DNA from: Mizuhopecten yessoensis
Taxonomy: Eukaryota
DNA length: 64,000 nucleotides
Assembly: GCF_002113885.1 (NCBI RefSeq)
Contig: NW_018407459.1
Span: 344,227 to 408,226, forward strand
Reading direction: 5' to 3'
In this document: positions 24,801-35,921 of the stretch, piece after piece
Position numbering within the stretch: the stretch's first letter is position 1
Layout: every line of letters starts with the position of its first letter
Translations under genes and position numbers: made by a program
The notes under the pieces: model-generated
What the model saw: only the letters and a program-made list of their open reading frames with translations
Told to the model about the DNA's origin: nothing
Databases searched by the model: none

Positions 24801-27800
24801 ATAGGGGTGGGACTCTGTTTGAAGTTTGTTCTCGTTCTATCTCAAGTACTGGATGTATCTTTCTGAAATTTCATACGTGCTTACAGCACCTACCATGGAG
24901 TGCTATATCTTTACTTCATACCAATTATTTAAACATATTCAGGTGAGTGATACAGGCCCTCTGGGCCTCTTGTTCATTTTAATAATAAAGAAAAGTATCA
25001 TTTTCTTATATAGATTGGCTCCTTACAAATAAAGTAGTTACCTGGTTGGTTGTCTATTTTGAGTCATACTCATAGGTCTGTTTTCTTGCAAATTGTACTT
25101 GTTCATCTTTATTTTCCTGTCTATGTGATCATATATAGATTAAATTTGATATCGCTGTATGAACGATACATTGGTTACATGTGCTCTATAATCATTTCCC
25201 AAATAATAGTGTTACCCATGTCACATTATGTTGCGTCCCATCTTGTCCTGTATAGGTCAACCATTACTATTTTTTCAACAGTTTCATCGTCATCGGTTTA
25301 TCGACTTAAAACTATATTTATTTTACAACAATTATGTAACAAGTTAATTCTGACAGCTTATAGTAATCGCTCTTGTTTACATTGTTGGTCTGGATGTTAG
25401 CATGGTGGGGTGGGGGGGGGGGTATGTGGGAGACACCGGAGTACCCAGAGAAAACTCAAATGGTCAGGCAGGTGACCTCGTACCTTTTCACATCCAATCG
25501 GGGAATCAAACCCTTGCGGCCATGGTGAAAGGCAAGTGTGCTATCCACTGAACCACCCAACTTCAGGGACAAGGGGGCTTTCTTGCCTTACAAGCATTTC
25601 TAGTTCATAGCAGAATATAAAAAACTGTACCGCATGTATATTTTTTTTTCTTTTAAAAAATAATAATTTGACTCCTTTACACATTCATCATATTAGGTCT
25701 CCTTTATCACTATTTCTTGTCATTGGAATGTACACTGTATTACCTGTATTAAAATGTAATGTCATTATATATAGATATTCAAGAAGTATAGTACATACAT
25801 TTGTCATTACAGCCTCTATTGTTGACACGCCTCAGACAGACAGCGTTGGTGAAGTAAACCTAGGTGGTGGCGGAGAGCCTGGAGTATCGGGAGAGACAGG
25901 AGAGGCTCCGTCACAGGCTAAGTCTCTCAAATGTGACGAGTACGTTAACCATCAACACAAACACAAGTTGAAATTGAATATGTCTCCATTTTGAATATAC
26001 AGATGGAAATATTTCTTTAAAATGAAGATATATCCTGTCACACTTCATTCTTAAAAAATCATGCTTTTATGGTGTTCTTGTTATTTCTGGTGCCTTACAG
26101 ATAAATCAAGGGGAGACAGGAAAGATAGATTTATGCAATATGCAGAATGCAAACTGACAGACTTTGATAAATTCTGTGGCAATATGATGATAAAAGACAT
26201 TTAAAAACTGACAGTGCAAGTTAAAAAGCTTTCAATTTAGGTTTTTTTAACGGTTTGATAGGTAATGCACTTTTTACACCCAGGGAGACCAATACTTGTT
26301 ACCAAGCAAGGACAAACTGAAATGTCGGCACTTCCTTAGGAACGATAGTTGGAAGAGATGGGGAAGATATCAAAACCAGAATAAAAATATTTTGAAAGAA
26401 CATGTTTTTTTTAATCTCAATTGCAAGCTTTTTAACTTGCACAGTCAGCTTTAAGGTATCTTTATAGTAAAAAATATATAAATTATTTGACATGTTGTTA
26501 TTATAACAATTCATGGTATCTCAAATTGATTATCTGTCAAGGATGAAATAAAATGTCAAAAAACATATTTTTCATAATTTTCATTACAAGGTGAATTTGT
26601 AATGAATTCAACATTGAACATTTAAAGTCAAGTAACACAACATACCTAACTATCTTAAAATGAACAATTCAGCACTGAGCAAATCAGTTCATTTTCACAT
26701 AAAATTGCATCAAATAACAAACTAAAAGTTGTGTGAAATATTTGACATTATGACCAAATTAATATTCAGGCCTTATATAACGTAACTGAATACTTTGATT
26801 GAGCTGATGTTTATGTGTATCTTGAAGCTTGAGTAAGATTTTGAAAGAAGAAGAGAGGTACTTTAGTATCTGGTTATTTTAGATGTGGAAAGTTGCTCAA
26901 AGGAGAGATGGATGCCCAAGCACATGCAGCTAGAACACAACATTCTCAATTCTCAGAGTCAACAGATGAAATCAAACCATTGACGGCTGAGGAAAAGGCA
27001 GAGCAAATGCGAAAGTAAGCATTAATATGTCCTTTATATCACTAGTTTATTCCCAAATATAATGGCATAATTGTTATCTGTAATACATGAAATAAAAGGG
27101 GGGAAAAATGAAGACAAAATGTGTTCAAGTATTTGTATATTATTGTTTTTTAAATGTGGTCTAGACACAAAATAAAAATATCTAAATGCCAAGGATGTTG
27201 ATATTTAGCCTGTGACATGCTGATGTTAAGGGTTACTAAGTTTGTTAAAAAATAATGACCTTCACTCATATTCGAGGTTACAGGGGTCAAATATGTTGAA
27301 ATCTTTAAACAACTTCTAAATATCCAAAAGGCCTAGGATGATGATGTGCGGCCAGGTTCATGCTCAGATAAGAACCTTCGAAGATGGTTCTAATGAATGA
27401 CCTTCACCCATATTCAAGGTCACAGGGGTCAAATATGTTTAAAACTTTTTTTAAACTTTATCTGCATAACCAAAAAGCATAAGGTGGCGATATTTTGTCA
27501 GTAGCATGCTCAGATGGAGAGCTTTCAATTTTGTTCATGTGAATGACCTTGACCCACTTTCAAGGTCGCATTGTCATATGTGTATAAATTAACATTTAAA
27601 TTACCTAATCTCAATAAACAAATTTTATAAGGTGGCAAGTTGCATGTTGAGATGAAGGGCTATAGAGTTTGTTCAACTTAATGACATTGTCAGACTTTCA
27701 CGGTCACATGGAGCCAAAATTGTTTAACTCTCTTTACACATTCTTTTGAATGACTTGCAGTCATAGATACTGATATTTTGCCTATAGCTTTATTTTAGTC

Positions 27801-30800
27801 CACTTTTAAGGTTACGAGTGTGATATTCATACCAGATGAGTGATGCAGGCCCATTGGGCCTCTTGTATCTAATTTATTGCAAAACCCTACCATTGTTTTG
27901 CTGATGTTTTGCTTATTGTTTAATAGAGGGTTTGAAAACATACACGACATTCTTTCCCTAAAAATATGGTAAAAATTGATAATGTTCAAGGAAACGTGTT
28001 ACAAAATCTCCCTACTTAAAATCCAATTTCCCAACTTCAAAACCCAAATCTACCTACATTGTGTTCCAAAGTCATCACAGGATATGAATAAATTATAGAA
28101 ACTGGAGTTATCTCCCATTTATCGAGTTATTTCACTTAGTTTAAAAACGGACCACTCCGAAACTACTGCACAAATTTAAAGGATACTTTAATTGGTTCAC
28201 AATTCACTTACATCGAGGGATATTGATAAATTATTTAAATTGGTGCTACTTCCCCTTATGAAGGAGATGTGCCCCTTTGTTTAAGAATAAGTTTGCATTT
28301 AAGTGATACTTAATAGTGCACAGAGCCCTTATGTCAAGGTTATATAAAATAGTTGAAACAGAGTTACCTCCCAAATTCATGCAGTAATGCCCCTTTGTTT
28401 AAAAATGACCAGGAAAGAACTATTCCTACAGTTGTTGGCAGAAGCTGAAGGTATTAGTCTGCCATTCTGGCAACAGTTCTAGTTTTGACTGATTCTTTGC
28501 GAAGATGGAGTATCTTAATGCGCTATTCAATTATAGATTGCAGGAGAAAATTAAAATGAACAGACTGGAACGAGAAGAAAAAGAAAAACAGGAAGCCCTA
28601 GCAAGGGAGATACAGAGACGGCAGTCAGGAAAAATGATCGTTAATACGAAACAAAAGTAAGTTGCCATGTCTGTATTTTACACAATCCCATAAGAGAATC
28701 AGTCACACCAATAAATACACACCATCAAATAAAGTAAGAGGAGATGGTATGCTGGAATCACCCTGTCAGTTTGAAGACTGTAAATTGTGCTTATGAAACT
28801 TGATAAATGACTCCCCAAGGAGTGTGGACAATTCCTTACAAATTTGGGGTCGGGAGTGAAAGTCATAATGACCTGTTTTGTAAAAAAAAAATCATTTCTT
28901 GACACTTTAACATTCTTAGTTATACCTCAGAACTTCATAGGATGACTACAAATGGTGTTGGAAGAAATTATTTTTCATTTTCAGAATGGAATTGTATGAT
29001 ATGCATTTTAATCGACCATCACCTACTGATGGTAATTTGGATTATAATTTGATTGGTTTTAAATGCATCTTCTCATTTAGTAACAGATTTATTTGTATGA
29101 AGGAACACATGATATATCTTTTGCACAGATTCGAGGAGGCTGAGATAAAGAAGCTTGCAGAACAGCGACAGAGAGAGAAAAGAGACGATATGGAAGCAAG
29201 GTTTGTACCTTTCATTATGAGTGGCCAAATGTTCAGTTACATAGTCATCAGTTAGCTTTAATAGAGGAACCTTTCTTTTTTTCCCTTAATTAAAATAAAA
29301 CCTGAAAAGGTGACCTGAGACAATTTCCAATATATTCAGTAGTATGCATGTTTTTGTTAGTGTTACTGCCTAATCACTGTCCAGCAAGCGATCATTTCCT
29401 AGTTGATTTCATTTTGATAGTGCACAGGTGTATATCTTGAAAAGGGTTGTAAATTAGTGCACATGTTCATTCTTGTTGAATTTCAGACGGAAAGTAAAAG
29501 AGGCAATAGAGCGTGACAAGGCCGAGAGAGCAGCAAAGGTAACTGTCACTGAGTAAATACATTGAGACTGAGCTAGGCATGTGTTTAATATGTGAATGAA
29601 ATGTCATTCATTTGTTTAGCATAATATTAGATTGTGGCACATCACACTTAAACCTGCCTTCAAGACCACCTAATAAGATAACTTGTCTATTGGACCACCT
29701 GGGTATATTACCAACTTAAAGACTCCAGAAATTATATTTTGCCTTTAATAGTAACATTTAAATAAACATTGATTTTAGTTTTCTCTTGGTTTATTGGAAT
29801 ATTTGATAAATGTACACTGATGATTTCCAAATCTCACAGTAATAAAGATCTTAAACATGAAGTACTTGTATTATATTAACTCTATTTCATCAGAAAAACA
29901 AACCAGATGTTTCCCAGACTGCAGATCCGCAACCTAAACCTGCTGCACCTGTTGAGAAAAAGTCTTACACTGATTGTCAGCTCCAGGTAAGTACACATGT
30001 ACTGATGTCGGTCACAGGTAACATGTTTAGTCTACACCAGCTCCAGGTAAATGCACATGTACTGTATGTCGGTCACCGGTAACAGTTTTAGTCTACACCA
30101 CCTCCAGGTAAATACACCTGTACTGTATGTCGGTCACAGGGAACATTTTTAGTCTACACCAGGTCCAGGTAAATACACATGTACTGATGTCAGTCACAGG
30201 TTACATGTTTAGTCTACACCAGCTCCAGGTAAATACACATGTACTGTATGTCGGTCACAGGTAACATTTTTAGTCTACACCAGCTCCAGGTAAATACACA
30301 TGTACTGTATGTCTGTCACAGATAACATTTTTAGTCTACACCAGCTCCAGGTAAATACACATGTACTGATGTGGGTCACAGGTTACATGTTTAGTCTACA
30401 CCAGCTCCAGGTAAATAAATACACATGTATTTAATGTGTACCAGCTCTGGGTAGATACATCTGCTTTGAATATCAGTTACAATATATTCAAACCAGTGTC
30501 ACCGCTGTGTGTATCAATCTACAAGAGACATCTGTGAGTTAAGACAGGTTGATCATGAAGTCAACAAACTTGTGCTGTCATAATGGAGACGATCAGTTGT
30601 GATGCTAGCTATTGACTGTTCCATAAACAAGAACAAAAACATAAGATACAGTGATTGAACAGCTGTGTACTTGTGCTATACCGGTCTTATGTTAATAAAT
30701 CATGTTAATCAAGTTTACTATGTGATAACATTATATTGTTTTCAGGTAAGAGTTATAGGAAGACCATGATACTGATCGCTGCCCACCTTGTTTTCTGTTG

Positions 30801-31324
30801 TAGATTCGACTACCTGGAGGCGATACTATAAACCACACCTTTTCAGCCAAGGAGTCACTGGCAGCTGTGCGGCTATACATCCAGATGAACAAGCCAGAGT
30901 TTGGAGCTTTTAATTTACGCCAAAATTTTCCACCAAAAGTCTATCAACCAGAAGATTATGAAAAACCTTTAGATCAATTAGGTAACTATGTCAATCAAAC
31001 TAAGGCAATGTTACTTCCTGGGTATGGTAGAAAGTGTTAAAAGATAAATGGAATTAAAAAAAAATCTTACCGTTATTATTTACAATTTTCTACCTACTTA
31101 CCTACCTTTTATCTTGTTTTTTTCTTGTGCTGTTTTCAAACAAGATTTCATTTACAGTCAGATCTAGAGGCAATTAGTAAATACAACGATTTCCTGATTT
31201 ATTCTATGTATGTTGTGTGATAACGGCTTTTTGCAATAATATTGTCTCGCATACATTTTTTGTTTTTTTTGTTTTCATTACAGGACTAGTACCAAGAGCT
31301 AATCTGCTCGTGGTGAAGAAGTAA
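21847..31324 (+). CDS. UBXN1: UBX domain-containing protein 1 (SAKS1)-like: UBA, C2H2 zinc finger, coiled coil, UBX
   Basis: Exons: 21847-21905 (MASTADVQTLMEMGF), 23250-23303 (GVQLAMDW), 23497-23567 (LFAHEDDPDI), 25813-25939, 26883-27014 (CDECGKLLKGEMDAQAHAARTQHSQFSES), 28537-28656, 29129-29200, 29487-29538 (IERDKAERA), 29894-29986, 30804-30981 (IRLPGG...AKESLAAVRLYI...NFPPKVY), 31284-31324 (GLVPRANLLVVKK*). All GT-AG, phases consistent, about 332 aa. Confidence 0.93.
23731..24974 (+). mobile_element. Helentron-associated (HINE-like) non-autonomous element with internal GC-rich tandem repeats
   Basis: 5' tagctcacctggcccgaag, (gtcc) microsatellite, repeated ggggcggggccaaatagggg units, subterminal caggtgagtga (inverted to the 5' end), 3' hairpin aggccctctgggcct then cttgtt; T-rich insertion site. 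Confidence 0.8.
25420..25558 (-). mobile_element. tRNA-derived SINE (partial)
   Basis: Reverse complement begins gggtggttcagtggatagcac...gggtttgattccccg (A/B box-like); body motif accggagtacccagagaaaac typical of invertebrate SINEs. Confidence 0.7.
26204..26452. mobile_element. MITE-like inverted repeat
   Basis: aaaactgacagtgcaagttaaaaagctttcaatt ... aattgcaagctttttaacttgcacagtcagcttt, arms about 33 bp. Confidence 0.6.
27130..27867 (+). mobile_element. HINE-like element (same family as 52080-54090, opposite orientation)
   Basis: About 140-bp internal repeats (gaccttcacccatattcaaggtcacaggggtcaaatatg); end ccagatgagtgatgcaggcccattgggcctcttgt. Confidence 0.75.
29975..30455 (+). repeat. 60/61-bp minisatellite containing the UBXN1 exon-9 end and 5' splice donor
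   Basis: Unit cagctccag|gtaaatacacatgtactg(t)atgtcggtcacaggtaacat(g/t)tttagtctacac; ccag ends at 29986, 30046, 30107, 30168, 30228, 30289, 30350, 30410. Confidence 0.95.
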
Positions 31325-31952
31325 AGCCGTGCTATGTGGCGACCATAAACCTATACATTTCCATATCGGCTCTCATTGAAGAAATGGCCGATACAATGCA
31401 TCAAAGGACTCTTAGGCCTCTTTCAGTTGTATTGAAGATGACAGACATTGTATGTGCCATCTGTTACTTTCTGTGAAAGCTGTTTTAAATTTGGTTTTAT
31501 ATGCATTATGAAATTTCTTTATACAATCTGTATTTGTCACAAAATATAGTGCCAACTGACTCTCTATACTAGCAGTGTGCTGAACTAACTCACTTATCTT
31601 GTCCTATAGAGATACATTCATGTATGCCTGACATAGAGTGTTTGTTGAGGATTCATCATTCGTTTGGACGCCCATCTGTAGTGCTGTGATTGCATACCAA
31701 TATTGTATTCAAGTGAAAATGTTTTATGTACTATTTATGAAATGCATCTTTCTTGAAAGTAAGTATATGCCTTACACACCTGGTATTTGTCAAATTAAAA
31801 CAATTCTTGAAACAAATACTGAAATTTTTGTATTTAAGCCAATTCTAATGAAATGAATTAAATCAGAAGAAAGGTGTTGCTAAAATGAAATCTTATACAG
31901 AGTCAAGAATGTCCAGGCCCAATAAAGTAATTTGGAAATATCCTTGAGTCCC

Positions 31953-32037
31953 CATCATTGGATACCCACGGTTGATTTCGCATCAACTGGTGATGAGTGA
32001 GTAACGAAGCGAAATCAACCATGGGTATCCGAGGATG
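31953..32037. mobile_element. 85-bp palindromic MITE, CATC...GATG ends, 9-bp TSD (AcademH-like)
   Basis: ggatacccacggttgatttcgc ... gcgaaatcaaccatgggtatcc (1 mismatch); flanks ttgagtccc / ttgtgtccc. Confidence 0.65.
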
Positions 32038-33392
32038 TTGTGTCCCAAGTGCTGTTATAAATAGAATCATGGAGACTTGGCTATCTTAATAAGTATTTTG
32101 ATAATTCAGTTTTAGTGTAGATATTTATTTGTGAAAACTTAAGATGATTTTTGTAAGATAGAGTATCTGCTTAATATGTTAAATGTTTTCAACGTTGGAT
32201 GGTACAGTTGCTGTTTTGAGTGAATGCGACTTCAAATTCACAGTTAGTACAATTATCAAGTCAAATTATAAAAATGGAAACATGTAATTGATATGTGGAA
32301 TTTTTTCGTAGTGTTTCATTATGTTTGTTACACCTTCATTTCATCACTGTGATTCAGTTAATATGAGATTGGCAAACTTGCCACCCCGCAGTTTAAAGTG
32401 GGAATACATGTATGAAATACACAATTTTCCCAGGAGCTGCTATTGGTGTTGTTCAGTTCATGAAAAATGCTCTAACCAGCCTTCTTATGAGCATTATCAC
32501 CTTGCACCTGAGTTCTTAGTTTAAACAGTATTTTGTTTTGTAAGCCAACACAATTGCTGATAGAGTCTGTAATAGCTACATTCCTGGTAACGATTGACTC
32601 TTTTTCTTCCACCTCTTAACCAAATGTTTGATAAATAGGACATATTCAATGCAAATGCAACGCTAAGGTAGCAGTTTACAGTAGCGTACAGTAGCCATGG
32701 GTAATATTTTTGTACGATGAACAACCCCTGTAATATTACATGTATCAAAAGTGTTAAAAAAATCGGCACTGAAATTGGTTTACACATGATGAAATGGACT
32801 ATGTGGGCTTCATAAAAAAAAAAAAAATGGTTTGAGACTACAATTTTGGCCATTTACAAATCTGTGTCTGCACAACAAAAGCTAGCTTTTCATTTAGTTT
32901 ATTTTTGTACTCAGCAAATGTGTAAATATTGTGAAAAATCCATCTGAACTACCTTTGCTAAAACGCGAGTATTTCTGTTTCCGAGTAAGTGATATTTAAC
33001 TAAAGGTAGTTTTTATGCAGGGGTCAAAGTTTGGGTTAAAAATCATGTTTCAGTTTTGCATTTTTTGGTGTTTTTTTATATGGTAACTATTGTTTTCTCA
33101 AGTTCCAAATCAGGGGGAAACAATTCTTGAAAAAATATTCATTCTTAAATAAATATATATATATATGTAGGTGTGTTGTGCAGAATGAATCCACTATCTA
33201 ACTTTATCTGAGACATGCCTTTTATTTTTCGGATCGTGCCATTTCTTCTGTACTCTGCTACCTAAATATCGCAAAATTTCTAGAAAATGTATGCTCAAAC
33301 TAAGGCCATGTTTGGAAAGAGCAAAAAAGGTTACAAAGGTCACTAACAAGTAGAACCAAATTGTGTTGAACCATACACTTGTGTATGTGATG

Positions 33393-33478
33393 TTAACTCT
33401 TTCACCCTTAGGTAACTTTGGTAGAATCTACATTGATCTAGATTAGTCCATTATGGTCTACAGTGGTGAAAGGGTTAG
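33393..33478. mobile_element. Short TTAA-type (piggyBac-like) MITE
   Basis: ttaactctttcacc ... ggtgaaagggttag inverted ends. Confidence 0.5.
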
Positions 33479-33778
33479 TCAGCAATGCAAATCTTACTCT
33501 AATCTACTGTTTTAAATGTCAAGGTAAACTACGAGTGCTAATAAGGTCAAAGGTCAGCATGGGCTATATTGGGTAAAAGGCTCTTTAGTTCAACAAGTCT
33601 CAGAATCTGATATTTTGCATGTTAATACCTTGGATATAAAGTTTCCTCGCATAAATAACCTTGACATACTTTCAAATATGTTAAAAAATTCAAACAACAT
33701 TGTTGAAATAAGCATATTGTAAAGAACCATGATGCTTTGGTATGGTATGCTACCTAGCTGTGCAAATATTTTTTATTT

Positions 33779-34902
33779 TAGCTCACCTGGCCCGAAGGCC
33801 CAGGGTCATAATATTTGGCCAATAGGTACCTGGGATGGAGTGCTATAAAGTTTCCTCATTAAAATGACCTTGACCTTCTTTCAAGGTCACAGGAGTCAAA
33901 AATGTTAAAAACTTCAGACAACGATATCCTTAAAAGCATTTGGTCTAAAGTCATGATACTTGGGTATGTTATGAAGACCAGCAGTGCGAATCTTTTTCTT
34001 ATTAACAGTAATGAGGTCAAATGTCAACTTTAGGTGCTAGCCGGAGTCCAAGGTCAACCTGGGTTAAAAGCTTTAAAATTACAATTTTCAAATCTCAAAC
34101 AACAATATCTGAAGCATTTAAGAGATTTCTTGTGTTCTAGTTACCAAATTTGGTCTGAAGTTACCTATTTCAGTTTCATGTAACAAAAGAAACATGTGAG
34201 TGATACATGGTGCGGCATCTGTTGTCTATCCGTCTGTACATCCGAATCCGTTCCTTTCAACAAATTCTTCTGAATGACTGAAAGACCTACAGTCATGCTA
34301 TTTGTTTAATAGCTAATACTTGGTAAGAGCCTGACAGAGTTTGAGAATGAAAATGACCTTAACCTACTTTCAAGGTCACATATGTCAAACGACTTCTTCT
34401 GAAGAACTGAAAGGTATAGAATCTCATGTTTAGCTGGTAGCTCCTTGACCTACTTTCAATGTCATAAGGGTCAAATATGTCAAACACTTCAAACAACTTC
34501 TTCTTTAGTTGAAGGTCACAGGGGTCAAATATAACAAATAATTTCTTAATAACCAAGAGCCACAAAGTGATAATATTTTTGATTAAGAGTAACAAAGTCT
34601 GTTCAACTGAATGACTTTATTAAACTCTCAAGGTCACTGGGGTAAAATGTATTAAAATATTGTAACAGGTTGTTTTGAAACAGCATACGAAAGACGACAA
34701 ACTTACACAGAAGGCTTACTTGATCAAGTCATTATCAATTTCTGAATCGCCAATAAACAGCATAGAACAAACATCTTTGATATAGATATTATCCTATAGT
34801 TTATTCAGATTTATTAAGTATATTTGACCTTGGTCCAATTTCAAGCTTTAAAGTGCGAGAATAATAGCAGGTGAGCGATGCAGGCCCACTTGGCCTCTCG
34901 TT
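33779..34902 (+). mobile_element. HINE-like element
   Basis: tagctcacctggcccgaag ... internal caaggtcaca repeats ... caggtgagcgatgcaggcccacttggcctctcgtt. Confidence 0.75.
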
Positions 34903-35183
34903 CTTTAATATTGTGTGCAGGTCAATGGTCAACTTTAAGCACTGGCTGGAGTCAAATTTCAACAAGGGCTTTTATGTCGAAAAAGTTTTTAAACATTTTC
35001 TCGAGTTCAAAAAGGCCCAGGGTCGTGATATTTATGCAGAAGGTACCAGAGTTGTGAAAGTGTTATAGTTTCATATAATGAATCGGATCTATCAATGAAG
35101 ACTTTAGTGAGAAACAAACACGAAACGTGAGGAGAAAAGATGAATGCATTTCGGTGTAACATGTACACTGGTAATATATTGAT

Positions 35184-35529
35184 CATCCTCAATATCCAGG
35201 GGTTACACTCAATATTGCTCTCTACACCCCTGGAATATGTCATAGCAAAATTGAAAGCACAGAGATAGCTGTTTGATTTGTCTCAGGTAAAAAAAAAAAA
35301 AGGCCAATCACTAGGCTGATACCTATGTCCTTTGAAGATTACAAAGGAGAAACGCCTCACTTCTAAGCCTGTCAATTTTTTCCGTTATGTGACCGCAAGA
35401 TTCTTTTGATGTAGTCTTCTTGTCTCATCAACAAGGTGGCACATACTGAGCCTTCAATTTTTCTATGACATATGATATTCCAGGGGTGCAGAGAGCGAAA
35501 GTGAGCGTAACCCCTGGATATCGAGGATG
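35184..35529. mobile_element. MITE with about 60-bp TIRs (CATCC...GGATG), each arm self-hairpinned
   Basis: catcctcaatatccaggggttacactca...cacccctggaatatgtcatag versus ctatgacat...attccaggggtgcagagagcgaaagtgagcgtaacccctggatatcgaggatg. Confidence 0.75.
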
Positions 35530-35921
35530 TACCGGTATATTGATGAACATTTAAATATAAATTCAATAGCATTTTATTGCATCACCTGATTTTTATGTAT
35601 GCTGAACAACACTGATCTGTATCAACTATATATGACTATAGGCAATCAGTCACATTGGTATACGTCAAACAACGTGAGAATAATCATTAAATATTTACAC
35701 AAAGGTGGTATCTTATCTGTTAAACTGACAAACTTAATTATAAATTATGTCAAGTCAATAAATATAAACAGAGTATTATGCATACAGTCTGGCATATATG
35801 TCCTCATTTGCATGAGCTAATACAGTTTCAAGAGTTTGATTGACACAGTTCAGAATTACAAATAATAAGTGTGTTTTGCATAAAACAAACAAGATTTAAA
35901 ATTGTTCATCAGTCATGTTCT

